Below the pieces are notes generated by a model, which was not told the DNA's origin, searched no databases, and saw nothing but the letters and a program-made list of their open reading frames with translations. The translations under genes were made by a program, and so were the position numbers. This document shows, one piece after another, positions 29,504-39,598 of a stretch of 64,000 nt of DNA (within the stretch, counting starts at the first letter, position 1; every line of letters starts with the position of its first letter). The DNA is from a phage, in sequence record PX393108.1. The stretch is one strand, 5' to 3'.

Positions 29504-30505
29504 TTACTTAATTAACTGTAAAGCTTGTTCCAAACGATCAAGGCGATTAACAGATTCTTCCCAAATCCTTTTAGCCTTCTCATATTCTTTCTGCGCTTTA
29601 TTAGAAATTTCTAGAACTTCTTTATAAGCTTTTTCTAGCGCAATAACTTCTGGACGAATTTCTACCGGTTCAGGCGAATCATCAAGATTATCCATTAGTT
29701 CCTCAAGTGTAGTTTCTTCTTTAGGAGTATTCACAATTTCATCACATTTTTGTTGGTAAATTTCTTTATCAGTCGGTGAGTACGTACGTTTCACTTCACG
29801 AAGGCTAATTATAATTTTATATCCTTCCCAACCACACATATTTTTGAAAGGATATGTATGAATACTTTTTACGGTTTCCATACAGCCCAAAGCCGCCTCT
29901 AATTGATAAGTTATAGTGCTAGCAATTGAGAAAAATTTATTAATATTCTTTTGGTTAGCGTTTGGTGTAAAAAATCCATAATTCACAAAAATAGCTACTT
30001 TATTTTTATCAAGCTCATATTCTTTTACGATAATCATATCAGAAGCCAAAGGATGAATTTGACGATAATCGCCATAACATAATTTAGAAGCTGATTTTAG
30101 AATCTGTCCTTTGAAAAGCCTGAAATTACTAATCCAACGACGAGTAAAAATATTCTCAGGGTCTTCTTTATTATTAAGATGATAAGAATTAACATCACCG
30201 AACCAATTATATCCTACTACATCTTTAGTTCGTTTAATTTCTTTCCCAAATTTACCAAGAATATCTCTGTTGACTAAGTATGAAAGAAGACGAGACCCTT
30301 TAAAGGTTTTCTTAATGTCATCTTTATCTGTACGACTAGAAATTTCACGAACTTCGTGAATAAATCTGCTGGAAGAAACAATGCTTACATCAATATTATT
30401 GAGCCATTGATTGATAATAGAAAGAACACTATTCTGACTAGACATAGGTTTAACTTTATCATCAATAACGCTATTGAATGATTTGATATATTCGTTACGA
30501 GTCAT
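29504..30505 (-). CDS. Hypothetical protein with C-terminal coiled coil (nrdC.4-like; start moved to ATG after GAGGAG RBS)
   Basis: ORF 29504..30556 trimmed; early promoter at about 30530-30566. Confidence 0.5.
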   Translation of the reverse strand: MTRNEYIKSFNSVIDDKVKPMSSQNSVLSIINQWLNNIDVSIVSSSRFIHEVREISSRTDKDDIKKTFKGSRLLSYLVNRDILGKFGKEIKRTKDVVGYNWFGDVNSYHLNNKEDPENIFTRRWISNFRLFKGQILKSASKLCYGDYRQIHPLASDMIIVKEYELDKNKVAIFVNYGFFTPNANQKNINKFFSIASTITYQLEAALGCMETVKSIHTYPFKNMCGWEGYKIIISLREVKRTYSPTDKEIYQQKCDEIVNTPKEETTLEELMDNLDDSPEPVEIRPEVIALEKAYKEVLEISNKAQKEYEKAKRIWEESVNRLDRLEQALQLIK

Positions 30506-30529
30506 ATTAATCTCCTCAATAGAAAGTAA

Positions 30530-30566
30530 GAACATTATACCACATCCTTGTGGCAAAGTAAACTAG
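30530..30566 (-). promoter_or_regulatory. T4-type early promoter
   Basis: GTTTAC ... GGTATAATG on minus strand upstream of ORF 29504..30505. Confidence 0.5.
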
Positions 30567-31591
30567 TTTAGTGCATTTAGTGCATTGTTCAGTTTAGAAC
30601 GTTGCTTCGTAAGATTTTTGACTTTTTCTTGAGCTTTTTCTAGCATCTTTTCAGCTTCTAGCACTTCATTAGTTGCTTTAACGAGTTCATCATCTACTGC
30701 CTTGATAGACTTCTCAATCGCATCCGCGTGCCATTTTTCAACAGGTTTAAGACTCGGATTTTCAACAGGAAGAAAATTCACTTTATTGAATTTCCATGCA
30801 TCCTTATTACCTGAACTATACATCCAAAATTTAGGATCGTTTGATGAGTAATTGGATAAATTTAAATTTAAGTTATCTTGCACTTCTTGCTTTTTCTCTT
30901 GCGTGACTTCGTCCTTTCTCAAAAAATCGTATTTAAATGAAACGATCATATCAAGTTCATATGTTGTTGTGTCTAATTTAAATCGTTCGAAATGCTGTGA
31001 AATCTTAGACTGAACAGCAGCAACAACGTCCATATACTTAAATGCTTCTGTCAACTGTGATTTAAGGCATTCGCAAATTGAAAGAGAATTTTTTGTATTA
31101 GGTTTAAAGCTAATTCGTGCAGTTCTGTTATTTTCTTTTAATGGTCTTACTTCCATCTGAAGAGTATAACCATCAAATTTCAGATTCTTTAAGTTAATAT
31201 CAGAACCTTTTAATCGACTCGCAGTTGATAAAATTTGCTTTAATTGTCTACGGAACAGAGCAATAAATCTCCATTCAATACGATAATGATTTGGATTGAA
31301 AAATCCAGATGATAAATCGACCTTACTTTGACCAACGCCTTGAACAAATAGAGGATTTTTATAATCGATAGTTTTACAGAAATCGGTGAGCTGCTCACGA
31401 GCCGTCATTTGTGTAATATAACCCGCTTTACTAAAATTACGCACCCATTCACTGCTATTCGTATACTTAAAGTGATGAATAACACGATTAACTTTATCAG
31501 GGTCTAAATTATTTTCACACAAAAATGTCATAACATCACGAGTATAACTGGCATTACGAACCATATCTTCAATTTGAGAACGAGTTTTCAT
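30563..31591 (-). CDS. Hypothetical protein with C-terminal coiled coil (nrdC.5-like)
   Basis: 342 aa; RBS AAGGAAT. Confidence 0.5.
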   Translation of the reverse strand: MKTRSQIEDMVRNASYTRDVMTFLCENNLDPDKVNRVIHHFKYTNSSEWVRNFSKAGYITQMTAREQLTDFCKTIDYKNPLFVQGVGQSKVDLSSGFFNPNHYRIEWRFIALFRRQLKQILSTASRLKGSDINLKNLKFDGYTLQMEVRPLKENNRTARISFKPNTKNSLSICECLKSQLTEAFKYMDVVAAVQSKISQHFERFKLDTTTYELDMIVSFKYDFLRKDEVTQEKKQEVQDNLNLNLSNYSSNDPKFWMYSSGNKDAWKFNKVNFLPVENPSLKPVEKWHADAIEKSIKAVDDELVKATNEVLEAEKMLEKAQEKVKNLTKQRSKLNNALNALN

Positions 31592-31599
31592 GGTATTCC

Positions 31600-32490
31600 T
31601 TAAGATTTAAGTAAATCAACAATTTTAATTAACTTTTCACGCTCAGATTTAGCTTTACTACTCAATCCAGATAGTCTGAAAATTTCATCGTCATATTGTT
31701 GAATAGAAATATTCAGCTCTTCAATCTGCTTATTAAAATAATCAATTTGTTCAGAATGTTTTTCGTTACTACGAACTGGTACAGGTTTTGTAGGCAATTT
31801 AGTTGAACTGGATTCATCCGGGCGATAAATTAAAATACAACTTGAACCAATAGGGCATTTTGCACCAGATGAATATTCTAATGTTCCAGCTTCTTTTAAA
31901 ACTTCAAAAGCTAAACAGAGATGATGCCCCATATTAACATAATCTGTAGAGTGAGCTCTGATATAATAATCATCTCCACGAATACTAAATTTAAAGCATT
32001 TAAGGTCTTCTGTATTATTGGTCTTAAAAATCATTTGTTTATCTAGACCTTTAGCTAATCGAGCACCCAATGCTAATAATCGTCGTTGATTTTCCCACAA
32101 ATCTGCAATCATTTGGTCGAATGATAATTTTGGCATTAGTCGACCATAAAGGTCATATCCTTTATTGTAATTACGAAGGATTTCACTCGCATTAATACGA
32201 GACAACGCTCCAATTTTATTAAGGGCTTTCATAATGCGATTAGATAAACTCATTCCAGACCCATTTGTTCGCTGTAAATGTTTTTCTAATCCAAATCCAA
32301 TATCAACTTTAAACTTATCTAAAATTTCAGCATGAACATCTCTGTCGATAACATTCAAATCCAAAGTTGGGTTAAATCTATGAAAAAATTTATCTGGCTC
32401 TCCACGGCGAAGTACAGTCCATTCATTCATCATTTTTTTATTAACTAAAGATTTAATTACTGCATTGACATTATTAATTACTACTGACAT
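31600..32490 (-). CDS. Hypothetical protein with C-terminal coiled coil (nrdC.6-like; start moved to ATG after GAGGAA RBS)
   Basis: ORF 31600..32526 trimmed. Confidence 0.45.
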   Translation of the reverse strand: MSVVINNVNAVIKSLVNKKMMNEWTVLRRGEPDKFFHRFNPTLDLNVIDRDVHAEILDKFKVDIGFGLEKHLQRTNGSGMSLSNRIMKALNKIGALSRINASEILRNYNKGYDLYGRLMPKLSFDQMIADLWENQRRLLALGARLAKGLDKQMIFKTNNTEDLKCFKFSIRGDDYYIRAHSTDYVNMGHHLCLAFEVLKEAGTLEYSSGAKCPIGSSCILIYRPDESSSTKLPTKPVPVRSNEKHSEQIDYFNKQIEELNISIQQYDDEIFRLSGLSSKAKSEREKLIKIVDLLKS

Positions 32491-32497
32491 ATTTTCC

Positions 32498-32905
32498 TCA
32501 CTCAATTTCAATTTTACTAAATACACAGAATATGATTGAACAGACTACATAAGCACCACACACAGATTGAACTAATACCATCCCAAAGAACCAAACAATA
32601 TTATCAAACAGTGTCTGTTTTACGTCGAAAGGACGTAAACTTACAGTAATATTATCACCTTTTTCTATTGAAGAATACATCTCTGGGGAAATATATTCAC
32701 TAAATCTATAACCGTCTTTGAGTTCATATACGGCAATAAACGATAAACTAGACCCTTTTCCTTGTGTTCCTGTAATGGTATTAACTACAGTAACATCATA
32801 ATCTCTATAATGCATATAATCATTAATTGCGTAATAACCATATGCAACTACTACACATAAACAACATATCAATAAATTCAATCTTTTAATTATCAACTGT
32901 TTCAT
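32498..32905 (-). CDS. Hypothetical membrane protein
   Basis: 135 aa; hydrophobic segments at N- and C-terminus. Confidence 0.45.
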   Translation of the reverse strand: MKQLIIKRLNLLICCLCVVVAYGYYAINDYMHYRDYDVTVVNTITGTQGKGSSLSFIAVYELKDGYRFSEYISPEMYSSIEKGDNITVSLRPFDVKQTLFDNIVWFFGMVLVQSVCGAYVVCSIIFCVFSKIEIE

Positions 32906-32960
32906 AATAATCTCAATTAAAAGGGCTTAGAACCATTATACCATCCTTGGTATAAAGCGG

Positions 32961-33488
32961 TTATGCGAGTACCGTCTTTAACCGTTCTTCAAACTTCCGA
33001 AGAGTATTTTGGCGTTCAGCTCTTTGCTTTTTGTAAGTTTCAATACGCTCTGAAATGAGAGTGTATCGTTCATTTACTGATTCTTTCATAAAATCAGGAA
33101 TTTCACGAGAAGCTTTAATCTCGTCAAATTTATCAATAACAGCTTGCTCTTCAGCAATTAAGTTATCATACATTAAAATATCTTTCTTGATGAACTCAAT
33201 ATCTTCTTGAGTTACACGAGATAATTTAGATGCTTTATCCTTTTTGTACTGTTCGTTAGTATCACGAGACCAGTGTAATGTACGATTTTTATTCGTATTT
33301 TTGTAAATTTCTACAATACCGATCTCATCAATAATAACGATCCAATTCCAACGCGATTTGTAAATTTGTCCTCCATCAACAGTGATTTCACCTCCGATTG
33401 AGATGTCATTAAAGAACTTGCTTTGTGCTTCAGATTTAAATTTACCATCGTTGTAATTTACCAAGTTGAAAATATCTTTAGCGTTCAT
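32961..33488 (-). CDS. Hypothetical protein
   Basis: 175 aa; RBS GGAGGAA; early promoter upstream. Confidence 0.5.
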   Translation of the reverse strand: MNAKDIFNLVNYNDGKFKSEAQSKFFNDISIGGEITVDGGQIYKSRWNWIVIIDEIGIVEIYKNTNKNRTLHWSRDTNEQYKKDKASKLSRVTQEDIEFIKKDILMYDNLIAEEQAVIDKFDEIKASREIPDFMKESVNERYTLISERIETYKKQRAERQNTLRKFEERLKTVLA

Positions 33489-33512
33489 TTTCTGTTCCTC
33501 CGTAGTTGATAG

Positions 33513-33548
33513 GGTAATAATACCACAGAGGAACAGTCTTGTAAACCA
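33513..33548 (-). promoter_or_regulatory. T4-type early promoter
   Basis: GTTTAC ... TGGTATTAT on minus strand upstream of ORF 32961..33488. Confidence 0.5.
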
Positions 33549-33851
33549 CTAAAAGAAACTTCTTTCACAATTTTTTCCACTGAACCATGCACTCACTGCT
33601 TTCTTAGTCTCAGGAGCAGTGTTATCCATAAACCATTCAAAGGCAGCCTTTTTATGATTCTGGAGGGCTTCTCGGGCTTTAATCTGCTCACGGTCTATTA
33701 ACACTAACATATGAGCCTTTCTTGTCACCATGGGCTTCTTATGATTTTTTGAATACTCCCAGTCATTTGTCCATCGCATTGTCGTTGCGAACTGAAATAC
33801 TGCTTCTTTAATCTTAGTTTCGTAAATTTCACGAGCCTTTGAGTATAACAT
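33549..33851 (-). CDS. Hypothetical protein
   Basis: ORF 33549..33863 trimmed to second ATG after GGAGGT RBS. Confidence 0.4.
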   Translation of the reverse strand: MLYSKAREIYETKIKEAVFQFATTMRWTNDWEYSKNHKKPMVTRKAHMLVLIDREQIKAREALQNHKKAAFEWFMDNTAPETKKAVSAWFSGKNCERSFF

Positions 33852-33952
33852 CACTACCTCCATTCACCAGTTTAATTCTAGTCATCTTTTTAATGGCAGT
33901 CCATATAATCTATTTCTGAACTGCCTTTTTGTCATAGAAGTCCTCTTATGAA

Positions 33953-34921
33953 TTATTTCAGAAGAGTAACCTCAGCAATTTCTTCCCAACCGTTTTTGTC
34001 GGTCATAATAAAGTCAGCAAGATAAAGAGCAGTACGCAGTGAAACATTGCGTAAACGATTAACATTAACTTTCATCCATGATAATGCTTTATAAGTTTCT
34101 TCATCAGAAAGACCGCGCTTTTGCATCATGTCAGTTGAAAGAATAACATCTTCAACCCTGACCATAATTTCTTCATTAGTGTGAACACCCAAATCCAAAT
34201 AAACCGAGCGGGACACTAATGCTTGTAAATGTGGAGCAAGTTTAGTACCACGGTCTAATTCGCGGTCAATGTCAACGTTTGTGATAAAAACAATCGTTCC
34301 TTTAAATTCAAACTCACGGTCAATGCCTTTTTCTTCTAAGTAAGAAGATGCAGTGCTCCAGCAGACTTTACGGGTCTCTCCAGTGTCCAGAGCAGCTTTT
34401 AGAAGATTAAGAATGTCCATATCAGAGAAAACATCCACATCATCAATCAAAAGGACAGAATTCTCTTCACGATTATTCCAAAGCTGTTCATAAAGACCAA
34501 TACCAGAGATTTTACCATTAATGCTTTTATACTCAATGTATCCAATATCATTTGCTTTATTTAAAGCTTTATCTAAAGAATACGTTTTACCAATACCTGC
34601 TGCGCCAGAGATAATCAATGAACGAATATTTCCGTTAATAATACCATTCGTCATCATTCCCATAACATTAAATCTTTTATTAATGCGGGTTTTCATATCT
34701 TCATACGATTCTTTAACTTCCTCAACTTTTACACTATCATATGAAATATCTGATTTGTAAACCCAAACACCGCGACGTTTACCGTCAATTTCAACAAAAA
34801 CTTTACCATCTCCTTGTGCATCTACCGGAGCATTATCTGGGAACCATTCGCCTAAGAGCTCAAAAGTTCCAGAGATTTCTTTACCAAAGTAGATACCCTT
34901 ATTGATAGTTACAGTTTTCAT
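33953..34921 (-). CDS. Putative P-loop ATPase (AAA+-like; nrdC.10-like)
   Basis: Walker A GAAGIGKTYS and Walker B-like LLIDDVD; start moved to ATG after promoter-leader repeat. Confidence 0.5.
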   Translation of the reverse strand: MKTVTINKGIYFGKEISGTFELLGEWFPDNAPVDAQGDGKVFVEIDGKRRGVWVYKSDISYDSVKVEEVKESYEDMKTRINKRFNVMGMMTNGIINGNIRSLIISGAAGIGKTYSLDKALNKANDIGYIEYKSINGKISGIGLYEQLWNNREENSVLLIDDVDVFSDMDILNLLKAALDTGETRKVCWSTASSYLEEKGIDREFEFKGTIVFITNVDIDRELDRGTKLAPHLQALVSRSVYLDLGVHTNEEIMVRVEDVILSTDMMQKRGLSDEETYKALSWMKVNVNRLRNVSLRTALYLADFIMTDKNGWEEIAEVTLLK

Positions 34922-34951
34922 TTTATTCTCCAAATCCGTATCAGTTGATAG

Positions 34952-34988
34952 TTGTATAGTACCATAAAGCTTTATGCTTGTAAACTGT
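34952..34988 (-). promoter_or_regulatory. T4-type early promoter (copy 2 of repeated promoter-leader module)
   Basis: GTTTAC ... GGTACTATAC; 45 nt identical to copy at 8380-8425. Confidence 0.5.
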
Positions 34989-35016
34989 TTTGTGAAAATT
35001 TTTTGAAATAAAAAAA

Positions 35017-35035
35017 GGGAGCCCGAAGGCTCCCT
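35017..35035 (-). terminator. Hairpin terminator downstream of nucleotidyltransferase-like gene
   Basis: GGGAGCC-UUCG-GGCUCCC followed by U-run on minus strand. Confidence 0.5.
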
Positions 35036-35036
35036 A

Positions 35037-36050
35037 TCATTTATAATAACTTCGGTGGTTTTCAAGATAAACCCTCTCAAGGAAGTCATCCCAGAAACCC
35101 ATGTCTACTTTTTGTTGCATACCGTTCTTAGAAGCTTCAATGGATGCTGCTTCTACTTGATCGACCACATCTTCCAAAAACTCTTGAACAGTTTTAAATG
35201 GATGCTTACCCAGCTTCACGTCGAGAATAAATGGAGCGTCTTGAAGTGGATAAACTAAGTCACCGGTTTTGTAAATTTCCAATAGTTGGAGTCCACCACG
35301 ACAAGCATGACTCAGAGCTTTCCAGTCAATACCCTCATTCGCTTCAGCTTTACGAGCACGTTCACCATATTCAGCATCAAGTTTATTCAAAGACTGCTTA
35401 AGCTCAATAAGAGAAAGTGTAGTCTGATATTTACGACCCAACACAGTGTAAAACGTTTGTGGGCCTGTTTTCTCATGATTATGGAATACCCATTCGCAGA
35501 ACTCGTTTTCTGGAAGACGATGCTTAATATCTTCAACTTTAGTGCGACGAAGTCTATCAGGGATTCCTTCTTGATAGTCGACCCACTGGTCAGGGATTTG
35601 ATTAACTACTTTCAATACATCACGCAATGCGGCCAAACGAGAACCCTTGACACCATATTTAGAAGCTTGCTTGCGGACATATCCTAAATAAGATTTCATG
35701 TTAGTTGTATAAAAACGAGAACGATTGTCTTGAATAAACTTCCATACATCAGGCAAATCAGATTTAACTACCAGTTCAGGTGGAGTGTGGAGCATATCCA
35801 ATGCTACAGTTTCACCATCTGCTGCTAATTTAAAGAAATACTTAAGACTGTATAGTTCATGGTCAATATCATCTTTAGTGTTTTTAGATGATGTGTTGTT
35901 AGTGTTTTTACTCATATGCTCTTTAACATTTCCAATAAGAATATCGCGAGCAGGAGGAACAAAGATTTCTTTAAAATCTACATCAGATTCTGGAGTAGAA
36001 GTTCCATAAAGATGACTACCAAAATAGCTTTTCATTACTGTTTTCATCAT
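35037..36050 (-). CDS. Putative Pol-beta superfamily nucleotidyltransferase (nrdC.11-like)
   Basis: 337 aa; N-terminal GSHLYGTSTPESDVD matches the GS ... D-x-D nucleotidyltransferase signature. Confidence 0.5.
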   Translation of the reverse strand: MMKTVMKSYFGSHLYGTSTPESDVDFKEIFVPPARDILIGNVKEHMSKNTNNTSSKNTKDDIDHELYSLKYFFKLAADGETVALDMLHTPPELVVKSDLPDVWKFIQDNRSRFYTTNMKSYLGYVRKQASKYGVKGSRLAALRDVLKVVNQIPDQWVDYQEGIPDRLRRTKVEDIKHRLPENEFCEWVFHNHEKTGPQTFYTVLGRKYQTTLSLIELKQSLNKLDAEYGERARKAEANEGIDWKALSHACRGGLQLLEIYKTGDLVYPLQDAPFILDVKLGKHPFKTVQEFLEDVVDQVEAASIEASKNGMQQKVDMGFWDDFLERVYLENHRSYYK

Positions 36051-36508
36051 TCAGCCTTATATTCAATAACAGGACATACTTTAGCTTTACGCGCTTTTAA
36101 AAATTCGACGATAATAGATTTCTTTGGTTGAATAGGAGGTAAACCTTTATACGCCCTATCAATATTTTCTACATGTAAAGCATAATCCTTTTTCCATTTA
36201 TAATCTTTATATTTTTCATGCAGTTGTGCAGGAATAACAAATGAACCAATAATAAGTAAAACAAGCAAAATAGCAAGTATAAATGCTGATGGAATAAGAG
36301 TCCATAAACTACCAAAAATAAGCCATTTCTGCATGATTTCTGCGCAGATGATAGTTAGACCTGCTAGTATAGTACATCCGAAAAAAGAAACGAAAAATGT
36401 AGGGATAACAATAGACCAAAAATATGCACACAGTGTCTTAGGTCGTTTCCATTCGTCGTTAAACATTTTGAATAATTTATAGTGCCAAGAGCTTTCATTA
36501 ATAATCAT
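36047..36508 (-). CDS. Hypothetical membrane protein
   Basis: 153 aa; about three hydrophobic helices. Confidence 0.45.
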   Translation of the reverse strand: MIINESSWHYKLFKMFNDEWKRPKTLCAYFWSIVIPTFFVSFFGCTILAGLTIICAEIMQKWLIFGSLWTLIPSAFILAILLVLLIIGSFVIPAQLHEKYKDYKWKKDYALHVENIDRAYKGLPPIQPKKSIIVEFLKARKAKVCPVIEYKAE

Positions 36509-36510
36509 AA

Positions 36511-37032
36511 TTATCCTTTCATTGAAGGTGTAACAGTTGTTAAATACTTAATCATAGCTTCAGCTTCTGATTTTGATAATGAAATTTCTCCATTGTTTTG
36601 ACGAATAGAAATAAAATCTGGATGACGGTCACCACCAGCTTTTAAAATACACATATAAGTATCAGTTTCATCTTCAATATCTGAAATGATTGAAGCAGTT
36701 CCGCATGAATGTGGTTTTTGATAAATCAATGCAGCTTTTCTTCCACCGTTTGACTGTTCATAAACTTTTAACACATCAAACAAATCACTTCTTTTATCAA
36801 TAGCTAAGATGTTGTTTTCATCTTCAATGTTAAATCCTTCGGATACTTCATAAAGTGTCACCCATAAATCGCCAATATCAATGACAGCATTCACCTTTCC
36901 ATGATTTTCAAGAGCATTACAAATTTTCTTAATTTCATCATAACTCATTTTAATAATATCATCTCCTTGAATAAGGAAGATGTCATTTTTAAATTCAACA
37001 CGAATTAAACCGCTTTCACTTGAAATAAACAT
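36511..37032 (-). CDS. Hypothetical protein, paralog A of a tandem pair
   Basis: 173 aa; shares EGFNIEDENN and C-terminal KSEAEAMIKYLTTVTPSM with neighbouring ORF. Confidence 0.45.
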   Translation of the reverse strand: MFISSESGLIRVEFKNDIFLIQGDDIIKMSYDEIKKICNALENHGKVNAVIDIGDLWVTLYEVSEGFNIEDENNILAIDKRSDLFDVLKVYEQSNGGRKAALIYQKPHSCGTASIISDIEDETDTYMCILKAGGDRHPDFISIRQNNGEISLSKSEAEAMIKYLTTVTPSMKG

Positions 37033-37038
37033 ATTTCC

Positions 37039-37602
37039 TCACTTTGAAATCATAGTTGGAATGACAGAATCAAGATAAGTCTTTAGCGCAATGGCTTCGT
37101 CTTTGGTAAATGTGACAATATGTGATCGAAAATCGTCAATTTGGCGAATAGTTAAGACATCTCCCTCTTCATAACATTTTGATACATTTAAAAGAGTTTC
37201 ATCATTTTGATCGCACTGATCGCAAGCGTTAGTAATAATAGCATTGCAATTTTTAAGCCATTTTAAACTATGTTTTCTTTCATTAGAATAATAAAAATAT
37301 TTAATGTAAGTTATAAAATTATCCCAATTATTAATTGATAAGCATATTGACTCGCTTTCAATGTTAAATCCTGGGCATGAAGAATAAAAATGAATTTTAT
37401 GCTCATCATTGATGCTTACAATTTTATCAGTGTAAGGTTTTTCAATTTGGGTTAAATGAATAATTTCGCTAGGCGTAAAATACAGCATATCGTCTTCTTG
37501 CGTCAAACGATACATATTATTTACTTTTTCTATAGCCAATTCACCAAAAAGTGAACTAACTTCTAGTACTAATCGTTTCATATTAATCCTTTTTATTGGC
37601 AT
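37039..37602 (-). CDS. Hypothetical protein, paralog B of a tandem pair
   Basis: 187 aa; PGFNIESES and C-terminal TKDEAIALKTYLDSVIPTM similar to upstream ORF. Confidence 0.45.
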   Translation of the reverse strand: MPIKRINMKRLVLEVSSLFGELAIEKVNNMYRLTQEDDMLYFTPSEIIHLTQIEKPYTDKIVSINDEHKIHFYSSCPGFNIESESICLSINNWDNFITYIKYFYYSNERKHSLKWLKNCNAIITNACDQCDQNDETLLNVSKCYEEGDVLTIRQIDDFRSHIVTFTKDEAIALKTYLDSVIPTMISK

Positions 37603-37861
37603 GAATTTTTTCTAAAATTTTAGAGTATTCCTTTGTATCAGATTTACGCACAATCGATACACTATAAGGCATACTATCAGTGTCTTTTATAAAGCGTTCC
37701 AAATGACACTCTAATAAAATTTCTGGATTATAAATCGTGTACATCAAATTACCTGTTGCTCCACGATATTGGCAGATTTCTACTGATTGAGCATCATTCC
37801 ACAATTTTGTTAAGACTAAATCACCTACTTCTAATTTCGGAAAGCTCACATTATTCACCAA
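37583..37861 (-). CDS. Hypothetical protein
   Basis: ORF track, 92 aa. Confidence 0.4.
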   Translation of the reverse strand: MVNNVSFPKLEVGDLVLTKLWNDAQSVEICQYRGATGNLMYTIYNPEILLECHLERFIKDTDSMPYSVSIVRKSDTKEYSKILEKIHANKKD

Positions 37862-38237
37862 TTAAAGTTTCAATTAATTCTCTTAACTTAAAAGCTTGTT
37901 CATTTGTCATTACATACTCCTTTGAATAATATCAATAATATTGTTAACCAGATTATAAGTAAACATTGGGTAATTATATTGAATCATCACATACACAACA
38001 AACAAAACTTTCATTCTCTTCTCCTTGGCAGTTGACAAGATTACTATACCATAACCTTGCCAACTTGTAAACCATTAAATGACGTTTTCAATAAAATTCT
38101 GAAGCTTTGTGTGAGCATCAACCATGATTTTCATTTCTTCCTTTGCGAAAGCTGTACCTCTTTCTCGAGCAGAATACTCATAGTCAGAAACTGCATTAGC
38201 ATATTCTTCAATTAGTTTCATTAAAAACATCTGCTTT

Positions 38238-38432
38238 TCAGTTTTCATTATTCCACCTAATCATTTCAAGATATTGAACTAACTTAGCTTTGGATTTATC
38301 CAAATCCTTTTTAGCTGCTTCTATACCATCGTATGAATATCCTTCACAATGCTCAACTGCCAATTGGTATGAATCTATTTCAATATCACGTGCTAATTTA
38401 ATGATTTTTTCAAACTGTTCACGTGTTAGCAT
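38238..38432 (-). CDS. Hypothetical protein
   Basis: ORF track, 64 aa. Confidence 0.4.
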   Translation of the reverse strand: MLTREQFEKIIKLARDIEIDSYQLAVEHCEGYSYDGIEAAKKDLDKSKAKLVQYLEMIRWNNEN

Positions 38433-38434
38433 AC

Positions 38435-38674
38435 TTAAACTCTCGTATTATGATCGATAATTTCATCAAGAAACATATCTAAAGCTTCTACAGCATTATC
38501 AACTTTAGCTTCAAGTTCTTCAGCGCCTTTATTTGCAATGCCTGCCGAAAACCAAGCAAAGTCACTAAGTTCCTCGTCTGCTTTGCGAATTAAAGCTACC
38601 AATTCTTTAATTTTATCTGCTTGTTCGATACTAATCATTATTCCACCACATATGAAAGAGAGAATATTGCACAC
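38435..38674 (-). CDS. Hypothetical protein
   Basis: ORF track, 79 aa. Confidence 0.4.
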   Translation of the reverse strand: MCNILSFICGGIMISIEQADKIKELVALIRKADEELSDFAWFSAGIANKGAEELEAKVDNAVEALDMFLDEIIDHNTRV

Positions 38675-38871
38675 GCCATATGAGTTGCAGCTTCATCACA
38701 CATATCATAACGTTTCTTAAGAAGTTTTTCAAGTTCTTCACTGGTAACTTCATCCATGTCGACGAAAAAATCGCCATTAATGATGACGTAGATATTTCCT
38801 TCTTGATTGAGTGCTTCAATTTTCATGATGTTCTCCTCTTTATCTGATGGTTGTATAGTATCACAGCTCAA
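38638..38871 (-). CDS. Hypothetical protein
   Basis: ORF track, 77 aa; preferred over overlapping 38631..38819. Confidence 0.35.
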   Translation of the reverse strand: MSCDTIQPSDKEENIMKIEALNQEGNIYVIINGDFFVDMDEVTSEELEKLLKKRYDMCDEAATHMACAIFSLSYVVE

Positions 38872-38921
38872 ATGGAAAGTAAACCGGTAAAATGAAAAAA
38901 GTCTCCCGAAGGAGACTAATG

Positions 38922-39308
38922 TTATTCGAGGGAAAGAAGATATTTACTTTGATAAAACATCCCAGTAATATCATCTATCGTGCTTTGAATGGCTGGAGGC
39001 ATTTCTTTATAAATGCTGTTAGACTGGTCTAGTATGCGATCAATCATTTTAATTGTGTCGGTAGGAAGTTTACTGGCATCCGGAATTGACGGCGTGTATT
39101 TTCTACCAGAATACCCCAAATATTGCTCACCAAATTTATCAATCAAATCTGGTAACTCAGAGAAAATAAAATCGTATGCTTTGTGTCTAGCATAACTTTT
39201 AGTTTCAAAATGCGCAGAATGAAAATAAGCTTGTGCAGCCATTAATAAACCTAAGTATTCATCTGCCTTTGAAGGTTTTCCACTTTGTGAAAAGTCGCTG
39301 AATTTCAT
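38922..39308 (-). CDS. Hypothetical protein (rI.-1-like)
   Basis: 128-aa ORF immediately downstream of rI. Confidence 0.45.
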   Translation of the reverse strand: MKFSDFSQSGKPSKADEYLGLLMAAQAYFHSAHFETKSYARHKAYDFIFSELPDLIDKFGEQYLGYSGRKYTPSIPDASKLPTDTIKMIDRILDQSNSIYKEMPPAIQSTIDDITGMFYQSKYLLSLE

Positions 39309-39598
39309 TCAGTCTCCAATTTAATGTTCATAATTCTAGCGTATGATTGTGCCATCTCCGCGCCTCGCTCTATACATTCAAAATCGGAAGAGCACGGGTC
39401 ATTTTTATAGGTCGTTCGCATAAAACTATAGAACTGTTCAGATGATTCTACGCTTTTATTTTCAAAAAGCATATAAACATGTCTAATACCAGATTCCATA
39501 AATTTATCAAAATGAGGATCGACATTCGCTTCAATCGGTGGAGATAAAGCAAACGCTAATCCTAGCATGGCAAATAGTGCCGTTGCTTTTAAGGCCAT
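39305..39598 (-). CDS. rI: Lysis inhibition regulator rI
   Basis: 97 aa; N-terminal signal-anchor MALKATALFAMLGLAFA; adjacent to tk. Confidence 0.75.
   Translation of the reverse strand: MALKATALFAMLGLAFALSPPIEANVDPHFDKFMESGIRHVYMLFENKSVESSEQFYSFMRTTYKNDPCSSDFECIERGAEMAQSYARIMNIKLETE

Noticed and set aside
38631-38819. Overlapping ORF pair 38631..38819 and 38638..38871
   Set aside because: They occupy the same interval in different frames; only one can be real and I kept the longer.
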